A stretch of 64,000 nucleotides of DNA from contig DAIMGK010000005.1 in NCBI GenBank assembly GCA_036723985.1, positions 235-64,234 of the forward strand, in the 5' to 3' direction. This document shows, in pieces, positions 1 through 9,280 of the stretch. This DNA comes from Flexilinea sp. GTDB lineage: Bacteria > Chloroflexota > Anaerolineae > Anaerolineales > Anaerolineaceae. The translations under genes and the position numbers were made by a program. The notes beneath the pieces are model-generated. The model searched no databases. It was given only the letters and a program-made list of their open reading frames with translations, and was not told the DNA's origin. The stretch's first letter is position 1, and each line of letters begins with the position of its first letter.

Positions 1-416
1 GTCAGAAACAGGAAACAAAGCCGCAAAAGTCCATCATTTCTGAACTTGCGGAGCCCGTCAGTGAAGAGACCGAAGAAATATTCCGGACCGTAATGCAGGA
101 AATGGCGGAAGCCGAAACGGCGGACGAACCGGAAACAGACAACGGTGAGGTCAGCGAAAAAATGATGCGGGACACCCTGATGGGAGCGGGAGTGATCACG
201 GGAAACCGGGAGCTTTACGAACTTGCCGCTGCCGCAGGAAGCAAAGAGCTCCGCTCCGTCTGGGACGACTTTATCCGGATCGAGGCACAATACGGCTATC
301 CCACGCTGAACGCGATGCGGAAAGTGGAAGAAAGCCTGTACGACCCGCCGCCGGATGAGGATGATCCCATCCCCTTTGACGGGATCCGGATCCCGGAACC
401 CGCGTACAGTTTGTAA
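1..416 (+). CDS. hypothetical acidic protein, C-terminal part (5' end outside window)
   Basis: Reading frame 3 is open from base 3 to TAA at 414-416. The ORF track only shows the part from M at 93. No motif recognised. Confidence 0.5.
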   Translation, partial: QKQETKPQKSIISELAEPVSEETEEIFRTVMQEMAEAETADEPETDNGEVSEKMMRDTLMGAGVITGNRELYELAAAAGSKELRSVWDDFIRIEAQYGYPTLNAMRKVEESLYDPPPDEDDPIPFDGIRIPEPAYSL

Positions 417-420
417 AAAA

Positions 421-455
421 GTGGTCAGTGGCCGGTGGTCAGTGGTCAGCGGTAC
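421..455 (+). repeat. period-7 tandem array (GTGGTCA-like x5)
   Basis: gtggtca gtggccg gtggtca gtggtca gcggtac, beginning 5 nt after the TAA stop at 414-416. Confidence 0.85.
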
Positions 456-512
456 TGATAAAACACGTAATGATGGGCCAAAGGCTCAAAAAAAAACAAA
501 TATCAGAAAATA

Positions 513-543
513 AGCCGAAAACCGGAGGATTTCGGCTGTTTTC
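513..543 (+). terminator. intrinsic terminator candidate for the upstream partial gene
   Basis: 8-bp stem agccgaaa/tttcggct (513-520 / 530-537) with a 9-nt loop, followed by gtttt. Confidence 0.55.
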
Positions 544-561
544 GGTTGTGTGCAGAAAGAC

Positions 562-604
562 GGGGACGGTTAACCCGAGGCGAAGGCCGAGGGGAACCGT
601 CCCC
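562..604. repeat. nested GGGGAC...GTCCCC hairpin element (family member H1)
   Basis: Perfect 10-bp stem ggggacggtt/aaccgtcccc enclosing an inner ggc-gaag-gcc hairpin. No U-tract. The right half gccgaggggaaccgtccccat resembles elements at 25655, 36125 and 38390. Confidence 0.7.
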
Positions 605-680
605 ATGGGAGAGTCCGTCCCCGTTGAATCGATTCTTCCAGTTTCGTGTAGTTGTGCGAAAAAATCCAAAGGAATAATTC

Positions 681-709
681 TTGACATGGTGTGGGGAAAA
701 CATTATAAT
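681..709 (+). promoter_or_regulatory. sigma-A type promoter of the EEP/ABC operon
   Basis: TTGACA (681-686), exactly 17 nt spacer, TATAAT (704-709). About 105 nt upstream of the ATG at 822. Confidence 0.7.
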
Positions 710-821
710 TTTCTCAGCAGTTTTATCTTTTTTTCAACCGGAGACCGGTGATATTTCCCATATTCCCTCCGGTTCCCGTCATTGTAAACGGGATCCTGAA
801 CAAAAAAATTAACAAAGGAAA

Positions 822-1865
822 ATGATGAACGGGCTTTCCATCGAAGACAGAAGAAAATACGGCGCGATGCTTGAGCATAAGACGCAGGAAGAAGTCATGG
901 CTCAGATTTCCCAATTCTCGGAAATCGATCTCCGTAATTCAGAAAGGACCGTCCCGGAGAAAAAGCAGAAACTGGGTTTTCTCGTTTTTAATATTCAATT
1001 CGGTACCCATATCCGGGAAATAGGCGATTTTTTGGAAAACTGCCCCGAAATTCAACCCTTTGACGTGATCCTGGCAAATGAACTGGATGACGGATGCCTC
1101 CGTTCCGGTTCGGCGGATACCACCGCGGTACTGGCCGGGCGGCTGGGAATGGACAGCGCCTTCGGACTGGAATTCATCGAACTTGCCGATGAGAAAGAAC
1201 CAAAAGGGTTCACCGGCAACGCGATTTTTTCCCGTTACCCCGTCAAAAAGACGCGGCTCGTCCGTTTCCCGGAAGCGTACAACTGGTATTTCGACTCACA
1301 GAAAAGGATCGGCGGAAGGCTCGCGGTACTGGCGGAACTGGATATCGCCGGCGACCCGGTCGGCGTCGGGACGATCCACCTGGAAAACCGTACCGACGGC
1401 AAAGGCAGGGAAAGACAGCTGACAAGCGTTTTGGAAGCGGCGGAGACATTTTTCCCTGAAAATATGCCTGTGGTCCTCGGAGGAGATCTGAATACGAATA
1501 CATACGACGGACGCGATAAGCAGGTCGTACTGCAGGTCGCGGCCAGTGAAGAACTGCGGAGACGGTGCCTGGAAGAAGTCCCCGAATGGGAAAACTGTCT
1601 CCGTGTGGCAGAGAGCTTCGGATATACACTCGTTCCGACAACGCCGACTCCGACACGGCGGAAGACCCTGCCCGACGGCAGCTGGCTGCCGCTCAGGCTC
1701 GACTGGTTCCTGCTGCGGGGCGTCAGCTGTGAGGACTGCCGGGTCGTCTCGACCCGCAGGGAAGACTGCGCTTTCGCTCCCGCCGGCAGCGCGTTAGAAG
1801 CTTTCCGGGGCGAAGAACTGTCGGACCATAACGCAGTTTGGGCTGAGTGCCGGTTGATCAGGTAA
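822..1865 (+). CDS. endonuclease/exonuclease/phosphatase (EEP) family protein
   Basis: EEP-type motifs in the translation: ANELDDG, GTIHLENR, GGDLNTN, LSDHNAVWAE. AAGGA RBS upstream. No signal peptide. Confidence 0.8.
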   Translation: MMNGLSIEDRRKYGAMLEHKTQEEVMAQISQFSEIDLRNSERTVPEKKQKLGFLVFNIQFGTHIREIGDFLENCPEIQPFDVILANELDDGCLRSGSADTTAVLAGRLGMDSAFGLEFIELADEKEPKGFTGNAIFSRYPVKKTRLVRFPEAYNWYFDSQKRIGGRLAVLAELDIAGDPVGVGTIHLENRTDGKGRERQLTSVLEAAETFFPENMPVVLGGDLNTNTYDGRDKQVVLQVAASEELRRRCLEEVPEWENCLRVAESFGYTLVPTTPTPTRRKTLPDGSWLPLRLDWFLLRGVSCEDCRVVSTRREDCAFAPAGSALEAFRGEELSDHNAVWAECRLIR

Positions 1866-1912
1866 ACACTGCATTTGCAGTTAAATTTTGTTTGCAAAAG
1901 AAAGGAAGATCT

Positions 1913-2938
1913 ATGAAAAACAAAATTCGTTTGGTATCACTGATTGTTTGTCTGTTTGTGCTCTGCACAGCCGCCGCCGCGTTCGCGGACAGCAACAAGC
2001 TGACCGTGTATACGGCTTTCCCGGAAAGTGAAGTGATCTACTACTTCAACAAGTTCACAGCCGAGACTGGTATTCAGATCGAATACATCCGCCTCTCTGC
2101 CGGTGAAATGCTCACCCGTGTCGAAGCCGAAAAGGAAAATCCGCAGGCCGCTCTGATGTTCGGCGGTTCCACCGACAACTACATCGCCGCCGCCGACCGC
2201 GGACTGTTCGAACCCTACCAGTCCCCTGAACTGGCGAACACCCCCGCCACCTATCTGGATCCCACCGGGACCTGGAACCCGATCTATGTGGGCTGCATCG
2301 CTTTCGCCTGCAACTCCGACTGGTTCAAGGATATGGGTTATGAATATCCGAAGACCTGGGAAGACCTGCTCGATCCGAAATACGAAGGCGAGATCATCAT
2401 GGCCCATCCGGCGACCTCCGGTACTGCTTACACTGTCCTGGCGACCCTGATCCAGCTGAAGGGCGAAGAAGCCTGCTGGGATTACATGTCCAAACTGAGC
2501 AAGAACATCAGCCAGTTCACAAAAGCCGGCTCCGCCGCCCCGAACGCCGTTGCACTGGGTGAAGCCGCCATCGCGCTGACCTTCTCCCATGACGCGCTGC
2601 AGCTGACTCCGGAAGGCTATCACATCGAACTGTCCTTCCCCGAAGACGGCACCGGTTTTGAAGTCGGCGCTGTTGCCCTGATCAAGAACGGCCCCGCCGA
2701 TGAACAGGAAAACGCGAAGAAATTCATCGACTGGATCTGCTCCGTCGCCGGCCAGGGTTCCTATGCGGAAAATGACTCCTTCCGCGTTCCGACCAACACA
2801 GAGGCCCCTGTTGCCGAAGGTCTGGTAACACTGGACCAGGTCCCGGTCATCGACTACGACGCGGTATGGGCTTCCAACAACAAGAAGATGTACTGCGAAC
2901 AGTTCGAAGAAAAGATCGTTGCCAAGCCTGAATCCTAA
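1913..2938 (+). CDS. ABC transporter substrate-binding protein (Fe3+/PotD/AfuA-like type)
   Basis: I chose the start at MKNKIRLVSL, preceded by AAAGGAAG; the ORF-track start at 1847 overlaps the upstream gene. Signal peptide ends AAAAFADS. Sequence KLTVYTAF...TSGTAYTVL is typical of this SBP class. Confidence 0.85.
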   Translation: MKNKIRLVSLIVCLFVLCTAAAAFADSNKLTVYTAFPESEVIYYFNKFTAETGIQIEYIRLSAGEMLTRVEAEKENPQAALMFGGSTDNYIAAADRGLFEPYQSPELANTPATYLDPTGTWNPIYVGCIAFACNSDWFKDMGYEYPKTWEDLLDPKYEGEIIMAHPATSGTAYTVLATLIQLKGEEACWDYMSKLSKNISQFTKAGSAAPNAVALGEAAIALTFSHDALQLTPEGYHIELSFPEDGTGFEVGAVALIKNGPADEQENAKKFIDWICSVAGQGSYAENDSFRVPTNTEAPVAEGLVTLDQVPVIDYDAVWASNNKKMYCEQFEEKIVAKPES

Positions 2939-3044
2939 GGCATTGGATCGCAATTAACCTATGTAAAGACCAGGCTCCCCTCCGATCCCGGAAGGGGAGC
3001 CTTTCAATCGAACCCGCTGCATTTACAGCAAAGAGAGAGGATAT

Positions 3045-4772
3045 ATGGAAATTACCTCCAAGGGTTCCGGAAAAACCGCCGCTCAAATGAAACGGCTGAA
3101 TGATACAAAAACCATCCTGCGCCAGCCGATCCTGCTTGCTGCTGTCATTATGACGATCGTGCTGCTTTTGCTTTTCGTTGTATATCCCCTTGCGAAGGTT
3201 TTTATTTTCAGCCTGACCGATGAAGCAGGTAATTTTTCCACAGAGAACCTGAAAAATATAATCACTTCCTCAAGATATTTGAAGGTTTTCGGCAGAACAA
3301 TGCTGCTTGGACTTATCGTCGCGCTGCTGGCAACCACCGTGGGCTATATCTTTGCCTATACCATAACCCGTGTGAATGTCCCTCTGAAAGGATTTCTGAC
3401 GACTATCGCGACGCTGCCGATCTTGTCCCCGCCTTTTGTTTTGAGCCTTTCCGTTATTTTCCTGTTCGGGAAACAGGGGCTTATCACAAAGAATCTGCTG
3501 GGGATCAGAGGCAATAATGTTTATGGCATGAAAAGCCTGATCCTTGTTCAGGTGATGAGCTTTTTCCCCATCGCTTACCTGACATTATCCGGCATTCTTT
3601 CATCCATCGACGCCTCTGTTGAGGACGCCGCCTGCAATATGGGCGCGGGACGCTGGAAAACCTTCTGGTCCGTCACGTTCCCCCTGTCCCTGCCGGGCAT
3701 CATCTCCGGCGCCCTGCTGGTGTTCATCCAGTCCCTTGAGGATTTCTCAAATCCCGCGACCATCGGCGGAGAATACACGACGCTCTCCATTGAGGTATAT
3801 AACATCATCACCGGTACCTACGATATGCGGAAGGGCGCTGTTTTGTCGATCCTTCTGCTGATCCCCGCTGTTACCGCTTATCTGCTCAATAAATACTGGG
3901 TCAATAAGAAGAGTTTTGTCACGGTCACCGGAAAGCCCACCCAGGCACGGAAGCTGATCGATGAACCCCATATCAAATGGCCGCTGTTTATCATCTGCAT
4001 GATCTTCGCGGCGATCGTACTGCTGTTTTACGGCACCGTGATCTTCGGTTCCTTCGTGCGTACCTGGGGCATTGATTTCTCCCTGACGCTGGACCAGTAC
4101 CGCCGCGCGCTGCAGTACGGCTTCGGCAGCCTGGAGAATTCCATCATTCTGGCGCTCATCTCAGCGGTGATCGGCGGGCTTCTGGGTATGATCATTGCGT
4201 ATATCACAGCCAAACGCGATTACTACGGGAAGAAATTCATCGAAGTCGCGTCTGTCCTGATGTTCGCCGTCCCCGGTACGGTGCTTGGTATTTCCTATAT
4301 CCTCGGGTTCAACACAAAACCGTTCCTGCTGACCGGTACGGCCGCGATCCTCGTGATCGTGTTTACCTTCAGAAATATGCCGGTGGCGATCGAATCCGGT
4401 ACGACCACGCTTCTGCAGATCGATAACTCTATTGAAGAAGCCTCGACGATCCTCGGCGCGAATACCGGATATTCCTTCCGCCGTATCACGCTGCCGCTGC
4501 TGCGGAACGCGTTTTTCTCCGGCATTGTCTATTCCTTTACCAAAGCCATCACTGCCGTCAGCGCTGTGATTTTCCTGGTATCGCCCCGCTGGACACTGGT
4601 CACCAGCAAAATCTACGGGCTGTTCGACCTGGCAAAGTATGGTCAGGCATCCGCGTTCGTGACAATGCTGATCGCCATTCTTTTGATATTCATCGGCATT
4701 TTCAATGCACTGATCAACCTGCTGCTTGCACCGCGGTCAAAGGTGCCTCAGCCGAGCAAGAAAGCGGAGTAA
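3045..4772 (+). CDS. ABC transporter permease, duplicated (two-module) FbpB-like
   Basis: 575 aa and highly hydrophobic, with two permease modules. GAGAGGA RBS. Lies between the SBP and ATPase genes. Confidence 0.9.
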   Translation: MEITSKGSGKTAAQMKRLNDTKTILRQPILLAAVIMTIVLLLLFVVYPLAKVFIFSLTDEAGNFSTENLKNIITSSRYLKVFGRTMLLGLIVALLATTVGYIFAYTITRVNVPLKGFLTTIATLPILSPPFVLSLSVIFLFGKQGLITKNLLGIRGNNVYGMKSLILVQVMSFFPIAYLTLSGILSSIDASVEDAACNMGAGRWKTFWSVTFPLSLPGIISGALLVFIQSLEDFSNPATIGGEYTTLSIEVYNIITGTYDMRKGAVLSILLLIPAVTAYLLNKYWVNKKSFVTVTGKPTQARKLIDEPHIKWPLFIICMIFAAIVLLFYGTVIFGSFVRTWGIDFSLTLDQYRRALQYGFGSLENSIILALISAVIGGLLGMIIAYITAKRDYYGKKFIEVASVLMFAVPGTVLGISYILGFNTKPFLLTGTAAILVIVFTFRNMPVAIESGTTTLLQIDNSIEEASTILGANTGYSFRRITLPLLRNAFFSGIVYSFTKAITAVSAVIFLVSPRWTLVTSKIYGLFDLAKYGQASAFVTMLIAILLIFIGIFNALINLLLAPRSKVPQPSKKAE

Positions 4773-4775
4773 AAA

Positions 4776-5903
4776 ATGAGTCAAGCAAACCAAAAATCTG
4801 AATTCAGTAAGAAAAGTTCAAACGTTATCCTGAAGGATATCACGAAAATATTTCAGCAGCCCGATACAGGCAAAGATTTCGTCGCTGTGAACCATATCAA
4901 CCTTGAGATCAATGACGGTGAGATGGTGACCCTGCTCGGCCCCTCCGGCTGCGGGAAAACAACGACCCTTCGTATGGTTTCCGGGTTTGAGTACCCGACC
5001 AGCGGGAACGTCCTGATCGGCGGACGCGATGTGGCGAAGGTCCCGCCCAATAAGCGCGGCATTTCGATGGTGTTTCAGAGCTACGCCCTGTTCCCGCACA
5101 TGAATGTCTGGGATAACGTTGCCTACGGCCTGGATGTCGCGAAAGTTTCAAAGGATGAGATGATCACCCGGACTGAAAAAGTCATGGAAATGATGCAGCT
5201 CAAAGGAATGGAACGGCGTTTCCCGAATCAGCTTTCCGGCGGCCAGCAGCAGCGTGTCGCCCTGGCGCGTGCTGTCGTTATTGAACCCAGTGTGCTGCTG
5301 TTTGACGAACCGCTGAGCAACCTGGACGCGAAGCTGCGGGAGAGCATGCGGGATGATCTGCGAGCCCTGCAGCAGCGGCTGGGGATCACTTCCCTGTATG
5401 TGACCCATGACCAGTCGGAAGCCATGGCAATTTCCGACCGTGTCGTTATCATGAAAGACGGAAACATCGTCCAGCAGGGGACTCCGGATCAGATCTACGA
5501 ACAGCCCGTCAGCCGCTTCGTCGCGAATTTCATCGGCAAGGCGAATTTCATTGACGGCACCTTTGCCGGCAAAGACGGGAACGCGGCTGTTGTTGACCTG
5601 GGGGACAAAAAGGTCAGGATCCCGGCGCCCGGCGCGATGCCCGGCGTTGAAGCCGGAAAGCCCTGCTGCCTGACTGTCCGTCCGGAATCAATTCATCTCG
5701 AAAAGGGAAAATCGGATCCCGATGCCCTGCCCGGTGTGATCACCAGGGCAACGTATTACGGGACAAAGATCGAATACGAGATCGATTATCACGGTAAGCC
5801 GATCATCGTTGAAGTGTATAATCCCCAGCTTACGGAACGATTCGGGACCGGAGATGAAGTTTCCATGAAACTGATCGAAAAGTGTGTGCGTGTGCTGCAG
5901 TAA
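4776..5903 (+). CDS. ABC transporter ATP-binding protein (PotA/FbpC-like with C-terminal TOBE-like region)
   Basis: Walker A GPSGCGKTT, signature LSGGQQQRVALARA, Walker B LLFDEPLS. The start is 4 nt after the permease stop. Confidence 0.95.
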   Translation: MSQANQKSEFSKKSSNVILKDITKIFQQPDTGKDFVAVNHINLEINDGEMVTLLGPSGCGKTTTLRMVSGFEYPTSGNVLIGGRDVAKVPPNKRGISMVFQSYALFPHMNVWDNVAYGLDVAKVSKDEMITRTEKVMEMMQLKGMERRFPNQLSGGQQQRVALARAVVIEPSVLLFDEPLSNLDAKLRESMRDDLRALQQRLGITSLYVTHDQSEAMAISDRVVIMKDGNIVQQGTPDQIYEQPVSRFVANFIGKANFIDGTFAGKDGNAAVVDLGDKKVRIPAPGAMPGVEAGKPCCLTVRPESIHLEKGKSDPDALPGVITRATYYGTKIEYEIDYHGKPIIVEVYNPQLTERFGTGDEVSMKLIEKCVRVLQ

Positions 5904-5942
5904 TTATTTACTCTGAGTATTAATTCGGAACGTATTGCCGAT

Positions 5943-5990
5943 GGGGACGGATCCGGTGATCCAGTTTTGGATCACCGGAGATCCGTCCCC
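5943..5990. terminator. long hairpin between convergent genes (GGGGAC...GTCCCC family), probable bidirectional terminator
   Basis: ggggacggatccggtgatcc / ggatcaccggagatccgtcccc forms 20 bp with a 2-nt bulge and a 6-nt loop. It lies between the stop at 5903 (+) and the stop at 6001 (-). No clear U-tract. Confidence 0.55.
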
Positions 5991-6000
5991 ATTGACTTTC

Positions 6001-6828
6001 TCAGCGTATGACCGCGTTCGGGCAGTGTTCTTTGATGAAGTCCAGGACGAAATCAAAATCCGCGTCCTCCGCGTACACCTGATTGTGATCCAGTCCCTGG
6101 TTCAGTTTAATCGTATTCAGCCGGCGCTGTACCTTGACTTCCTTCACGTTTTTCAGCTCTGAAGAAGAACTGTTTCTCGTCGCCGTACTGATCCCGAGCC
6201 CCGCTGTTGACAGGTTCCCGCCCGACAACCCTGCCAATACCGTCAGCCAGCTCAATGCCTGGGCCTTTTTGAACTGCTTTGCCATCTGTGTATGGATGAG
6301 CTTCTCCTCGTCCATTTCAAAAAGGACCATATATTTCCCGCCATACATCCCGGCGAGGATGAGATAGCTGATCCCGCCGATAACGACCATGAACAGGATC
6401 AGGAACAGGAAATATTTCCAGGTAAAGTTCAGAAAATCACCCCATCCGTATTGGATGTTATCACCGATCGAGGTGAGAAAATAGATCAGGTATATGACGC
6501 CGCCCGCGATACCCAGTACATTCCACACCGTGAAAAGGATCGTCGGATTCTTCAGCATGGGGAACTCGTAATACCAGCGGTACTTTCCATCCGGGCAAAG
6601 ATAGATATTCTCTGTTACTTTTTCCCCGTTGATCCGGCTGCCTTTCCGGAACGATGACTTCTGCTGCCCTTTCGTCTCCTTTATTTGGGCCTTACCCTCT
6701 TCGATGCTCCCGGCTGCCGGCATCAGGTCATCCTGACTTTCGTCCGCCATGACCGGAGATCCGCATTGCGGACAGAATTTTGAATCATTCGGGATCTCCT
6801 TCCCGCATTTTTCACAGAACATGATCAT
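6001..6828 (-). CDS. zinc-ribbon domain-containing membrane protein
   Basis: N-terminal CxxC...CxxC (FCEKCGKEIPNDSKFCPQCG), then several TM segments. AAGGAG RBS. Confidence 0.75.
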   Translation of the reverse strand: MIMFCEKCGKEIPNDSKFCPQCGSPVMADESQDDLMPAAGSIEEGKAQIKETKGQQKSSFRKGSRINGEKVTENIYLCPDGKYRWYYEFPMLKNPTILFTVWNVLGIAGGVIYLIYFLTSIGDNIQYGWGDFLNFTWKYFLFLILFMVVIGGISYLILAGMYGGKYMVLFEMDEEKLIHTQMAKQFKKAQALSWLTVLAGLSGGNLSTAGLGISTATRNSSSSELKNVKEVKVQRRLNTIKLNQGLDHNQVYAEDADFDFVLDFIKEHCPNAVIR

Positions 6829-6866
6829 GTCTCCTTTCTCAACCGGTTATCCCCTCTTCGGAGCAC

Positions 6867-7499
6867 TCACGGACGTACCAGCAGCACATCCCCGAACAGG
6901 CCGGTCTCTTTCACGATGATGCTTCCGAGCGCATAATCTTTTCCTTCATAAGAATAGAACGTTCCGATGGTGACCGCGGTCCCGTTTGCGGCGACTTCAA
7001 CCTTATCCTCTTCCCATGTTCCCGTAAAAGGAACATATCCGACGGATGCATCATCCTCCGGTTCCACGTGGCTGCCGTAACGGATCATCCTCGGGTGCAG
7101 GATCAGTTTCGCCTGATCCCCGTCAAAGGATACCTCCGCAAGACCGATCTCATCGATCCTCTCCTCCCCCGGAATGGTGCGGTTGAAGGTCAGGCAGTAT
7201 TTCCATCCACCGGAAATAAAGCCCGCCGGCTGCGGCACCGCGGTTTTCGGTATGCCGTTATTGTACACATCGTTTTCGTAAAACAGAAATTCATCGAACC
7301 GGGGATCCTCTTCGGGACCCGATTTTTCCTGCGGAATATCCCATCCCGCTATTCCATCTGAAGGAATCGGAAAGATCAGATCCATTTTCATATCCGGAAA
7401 ATTCCGGAAAGCCGTGATCCCCATAAAAGCTGTCACCAATAAGACAGCCATTCCCGCCTTCTTCAACAATTCTCCAATATTCCTGCGTTTTTTCATCAT
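6867..7499 (-). CDS. hypothetical membrane-anchored protein with C-terminal '...VRP' domain
   Basis: N-terminal TM (AGMAVLLVTAFMGITAF) and GGAGGG RBS. The C-terminal ~150 aa are collinear with the C-terminus of the 12806-14116 protein (GGWK, FxGTW, GKxYAxG, VRP end). Confidence 0.7.
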   Translation of the reverse strand: MMKKRRNIGELLKKAGMAVLLVTAFMGITAFRNFPDMKMDLIFPIPSDGIAGWDIPQEKSGPEEDPRFDEFLFYENDVYNNGIPKTAVPQPAGFISGGWKYCLTFNRTIPGEERIDEIGLAEVSFDGDQAKLILHPRMIRYGSHVEPEDDASVGYVPFTGTWEEDKVEVAANGTAVTIGTFYSYEGKDYALGSIIVKETGLFGDVLLVRP

Positions 7500-7515
7500 C
7501 CCTCCTCTGTCACAT

Positions 7516-7550
7516 CTCTAAACTCTGAACTCTGAACTCTCAGCTCTAAT
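7516..7550. repeat. period-7 tandem array (CTCTGAA-like x5)
   Basis: ctctaaa ctctgaa ctctgaa ctctcag ctctaat. The last unit contains the stop codon (cta 7546-7548) of the 7546-8985 gene. Confidence 0.9.
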
Positions 7551-8985
7551 CCCATCTCGGCATGTTGTAGAGCCAGACGGTATCCGGTCCGCGGGTCCAG
7601 GTGTATTCGTAGATGTTGTATAACCGGTTCTCGCCGGATCCGGAGTCCATGACGCCGAATACCAGCCAGATTTTTTCCCCGTCTTCAACGCCTTCCGGGA
7701 AACTTCCCTCAACATAAAGAAAGCTTCGCTGAATGTCATTCCGCCAGCTCATGGTTTCTCCATGCGGCATCGGCCCGAAGGTTTTGACTTCCTGCCCATT
7801 ATAGCCGACGCGGAACCATTTCCGGGGAGTCACCTTTACTCCATATTCTCCCGATGCAAAGTCCACATCCGCAAAAGCCAGGGAGCAGATCACGCTGCCG
7901 GGAATATTTTTTGCGTCCGCGTCAGCGAAGATCTCTATCTCCGGATGGAATGTGTCTCCCGCGTAATAGCGGATGTCAAAAGGCAGTTCCGGGATCGTGA
8001 AGGCGAGCTTTTCTCCAGAGCAGCTTTTCCCGTCTTCTCCGTGTATGCAATAAGTATACATGATATCCTGTCCGTCCACGCCGATCCTTTCAGAAAGAAC
8101 GCTGATGTCCCCGTCCGTTTCGGTTTCCGCGCCCGTACCGATATACCGGATATCGGTCAGATCCCAATGACCCGTGTATGTAAAGGAGAGCCACTCGGGA
8201 TCATCCGGGTCATGGGTTTCTTCCTCCGGCGGCTCAGGCAATTCCTTTTCCGGTTCCGGGATCCAGGAAAATTCCCATACATTCCGCATCAGGCTCAGTC
8301 CTTCGCCGCCGTCCATGATCTCCAGAACCAGCCAGATCTTATCACCGTCCGCTGTCAGACGGGGAAGATCGCACACGGGATGGTAATAGAAATCATCGGT
8401 TCCGTCTTTTTCCGCAGAGGAGCCGTCCCGGCCTTCGTCTTTGCCGATCCCGAAATGGCGAAGGATCGTCGGTCCGTAAGCTTTCGTCCGCTGCCGCGCG
8501 AAGAATTCGCGGACGGTGATCTCCTGCCCGAAGGCATCATCCCCTTCCGTGATATCGGCGAAATACAGTGAACCGTATACGTTCCCCAGCGGATGTTTCG
8601 GATCCGCAGCGGAGCGGGTGATCGTGAAGTCCACCTTGCATTTGCCGCCGGCAGGATAGCTGTTTTGGATCTCATTGGTGTGCACCGTGTAAATGGTCTT
8701 CCTGTCCTTCCTTTTCGCGGATGCTTCCGAGAACTCGAAAACCATATCATCGGCATTCCGGTCACTGCCGCGTTTTGCCGTGATCATCAGATCACCATCC
8801 TGCCGCAGCTCATGGACCGGGGTGAAAAAGGTCTCGCCGGTCAGTTCCCAATGTCCGGGACGGATCGTGGTGCTGTTGGAATATGCATGGCTTTCCCCCT
8901 GCCCAATGACAGGCAGAACGCTGATCACAGCAGAAAGTACTGCTGTCAGCAAAATCAGAATGGGAGTTTTTATTTTTTCCGTCAT
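7546..8985 (-). CDS. hypothetical secreted protein with internal duplication
   Basis: Signal/TM ILILLTAVLSAVISVLPVIG and AGGAGG RBS. Two related modules each end in ...GEKIWLVFGVMDSG...YEYTW / ...GDKIWLVLEIMDGG...WEFSW. Confidence 0.75.
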   Translation of the reverse strand: MTEKIKTPILILLTAVLSAVISVLPVIGQGESHAYSNSTTIRPGHWELTGETFFTPVHELRQDGDLMITAKRGSDRNADDMVFEFSEASAKRKDRKTIYTVHTNEIQNSYPAGGKCKVDFTITRSAADPKHPLGNVYGSLYFADITEGDDAFGQEITVREFFARQRTKAYGPTILRHFGIGKDEGRDGSSAEKDGTDDFYYHPVCDLPRLTADGDKIWLVLEIMDGGEGLSLMRNVWEFSWIPEPEKELPEPPEEETHDPDDPEWLSFTYTGHWDLTDIRYIGTGAETETDGDISVLSERIGVDGQDIMYTYCIHGEDGKSCSGEKLAFTIPELPFDIRYYAGDTFHPEIEIFADADAKNIPGSVICSLAFADVDFASGEYGVKVTPRKWFRVGYNGQEVKTFGPMPHGETMSWRNDIQRSFLYVEGSFPEGVEDGEKIWLVFGVMDSGSGENRLYNIYEYTWTRGPDTVWLYNMPRWD

Positions 8986-9140
8986 TATTCATCCTCCTGT
9001 TCGGTTCGTTTGAGCAGTCCCATTGTCATCGGACACCCATTAACCTTGACGCTAATAATTCAGGTAATGTTCCGTTTTCAGCATCCGGTAAAGATAATTT
9101 GACAAGACGAGTCGGACCTTCATCCCGAAGAGATATGCGT

Positions 9141-9182
9141 GACAGTCACCTCCGGCTCAATGCCGAGCCTTCTGTGACTGTC
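9141..9182. repeat. nested hairpin element (GTGAC...GTCAC outer stem, GGCTC-N6-GAGCC inner stem; H6)
   Basis: Perfect 9-bp outer stem gacagtcac/gtgactgtc. Inner stem ggctc aatgcc gagcc. Confidence 0.75.
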
Positions 9183-9190
9183 TGAACAAA

Positions 9191-9225
9191 CTCTAAACTC
9201 CGAACTCTAAACCCTGAACTCCGAT
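9191..9225. repeat. period-7 tandem array (CTCYRAA-like x5)
   Basis: ctctaaa ctccgaa ctctaaa ccctgaa ctccgat, in the 3' flank of the 9281-12640 gene. Confidence 0.85.
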
Positions 9226-9280
9226 CGAATCAAAATGAAGTGATAAGCTGCCGACACGGCATTGAGTCGTTTCAGCTGGT

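Noticed and set aside
421-455. The idea that the heptamer arrays exist to provide stop codons in all three frames after a gene.
   Set aside because: The idea works for the TCAATAG-type arrays. However, the sense strand of the GTGGTCA array (421-455) contains no stop codon in any frame, and most units of the TTCAGAG arrays contain none either.
428-751. 107-aa + strand ORF between the first partial gene and the EEP gene.
   Set aside because: It starts inside the GTGGTCA heptamer array and runs through a terminator hairpin, the GGGGAC hairpin and the consensus promoter. The composition looks non-coding.
1937-2953. 338-aa ORF on the minus strand, antisense to the ABC substrate-binding protein gene.
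   Set aside because: It is a shadow ORF of a strongly supported + strand gene. The translation is low-complexity and G/R/V-rich, with no RBS and no motif. The same reasoning applies to the other long antisense ORFs at 7762-8571, 19420-20187, 23509-24399, 25535-26626, 36889-37461, 37666-38289, 41165-41977, 44546-45202 and 59113-60246.
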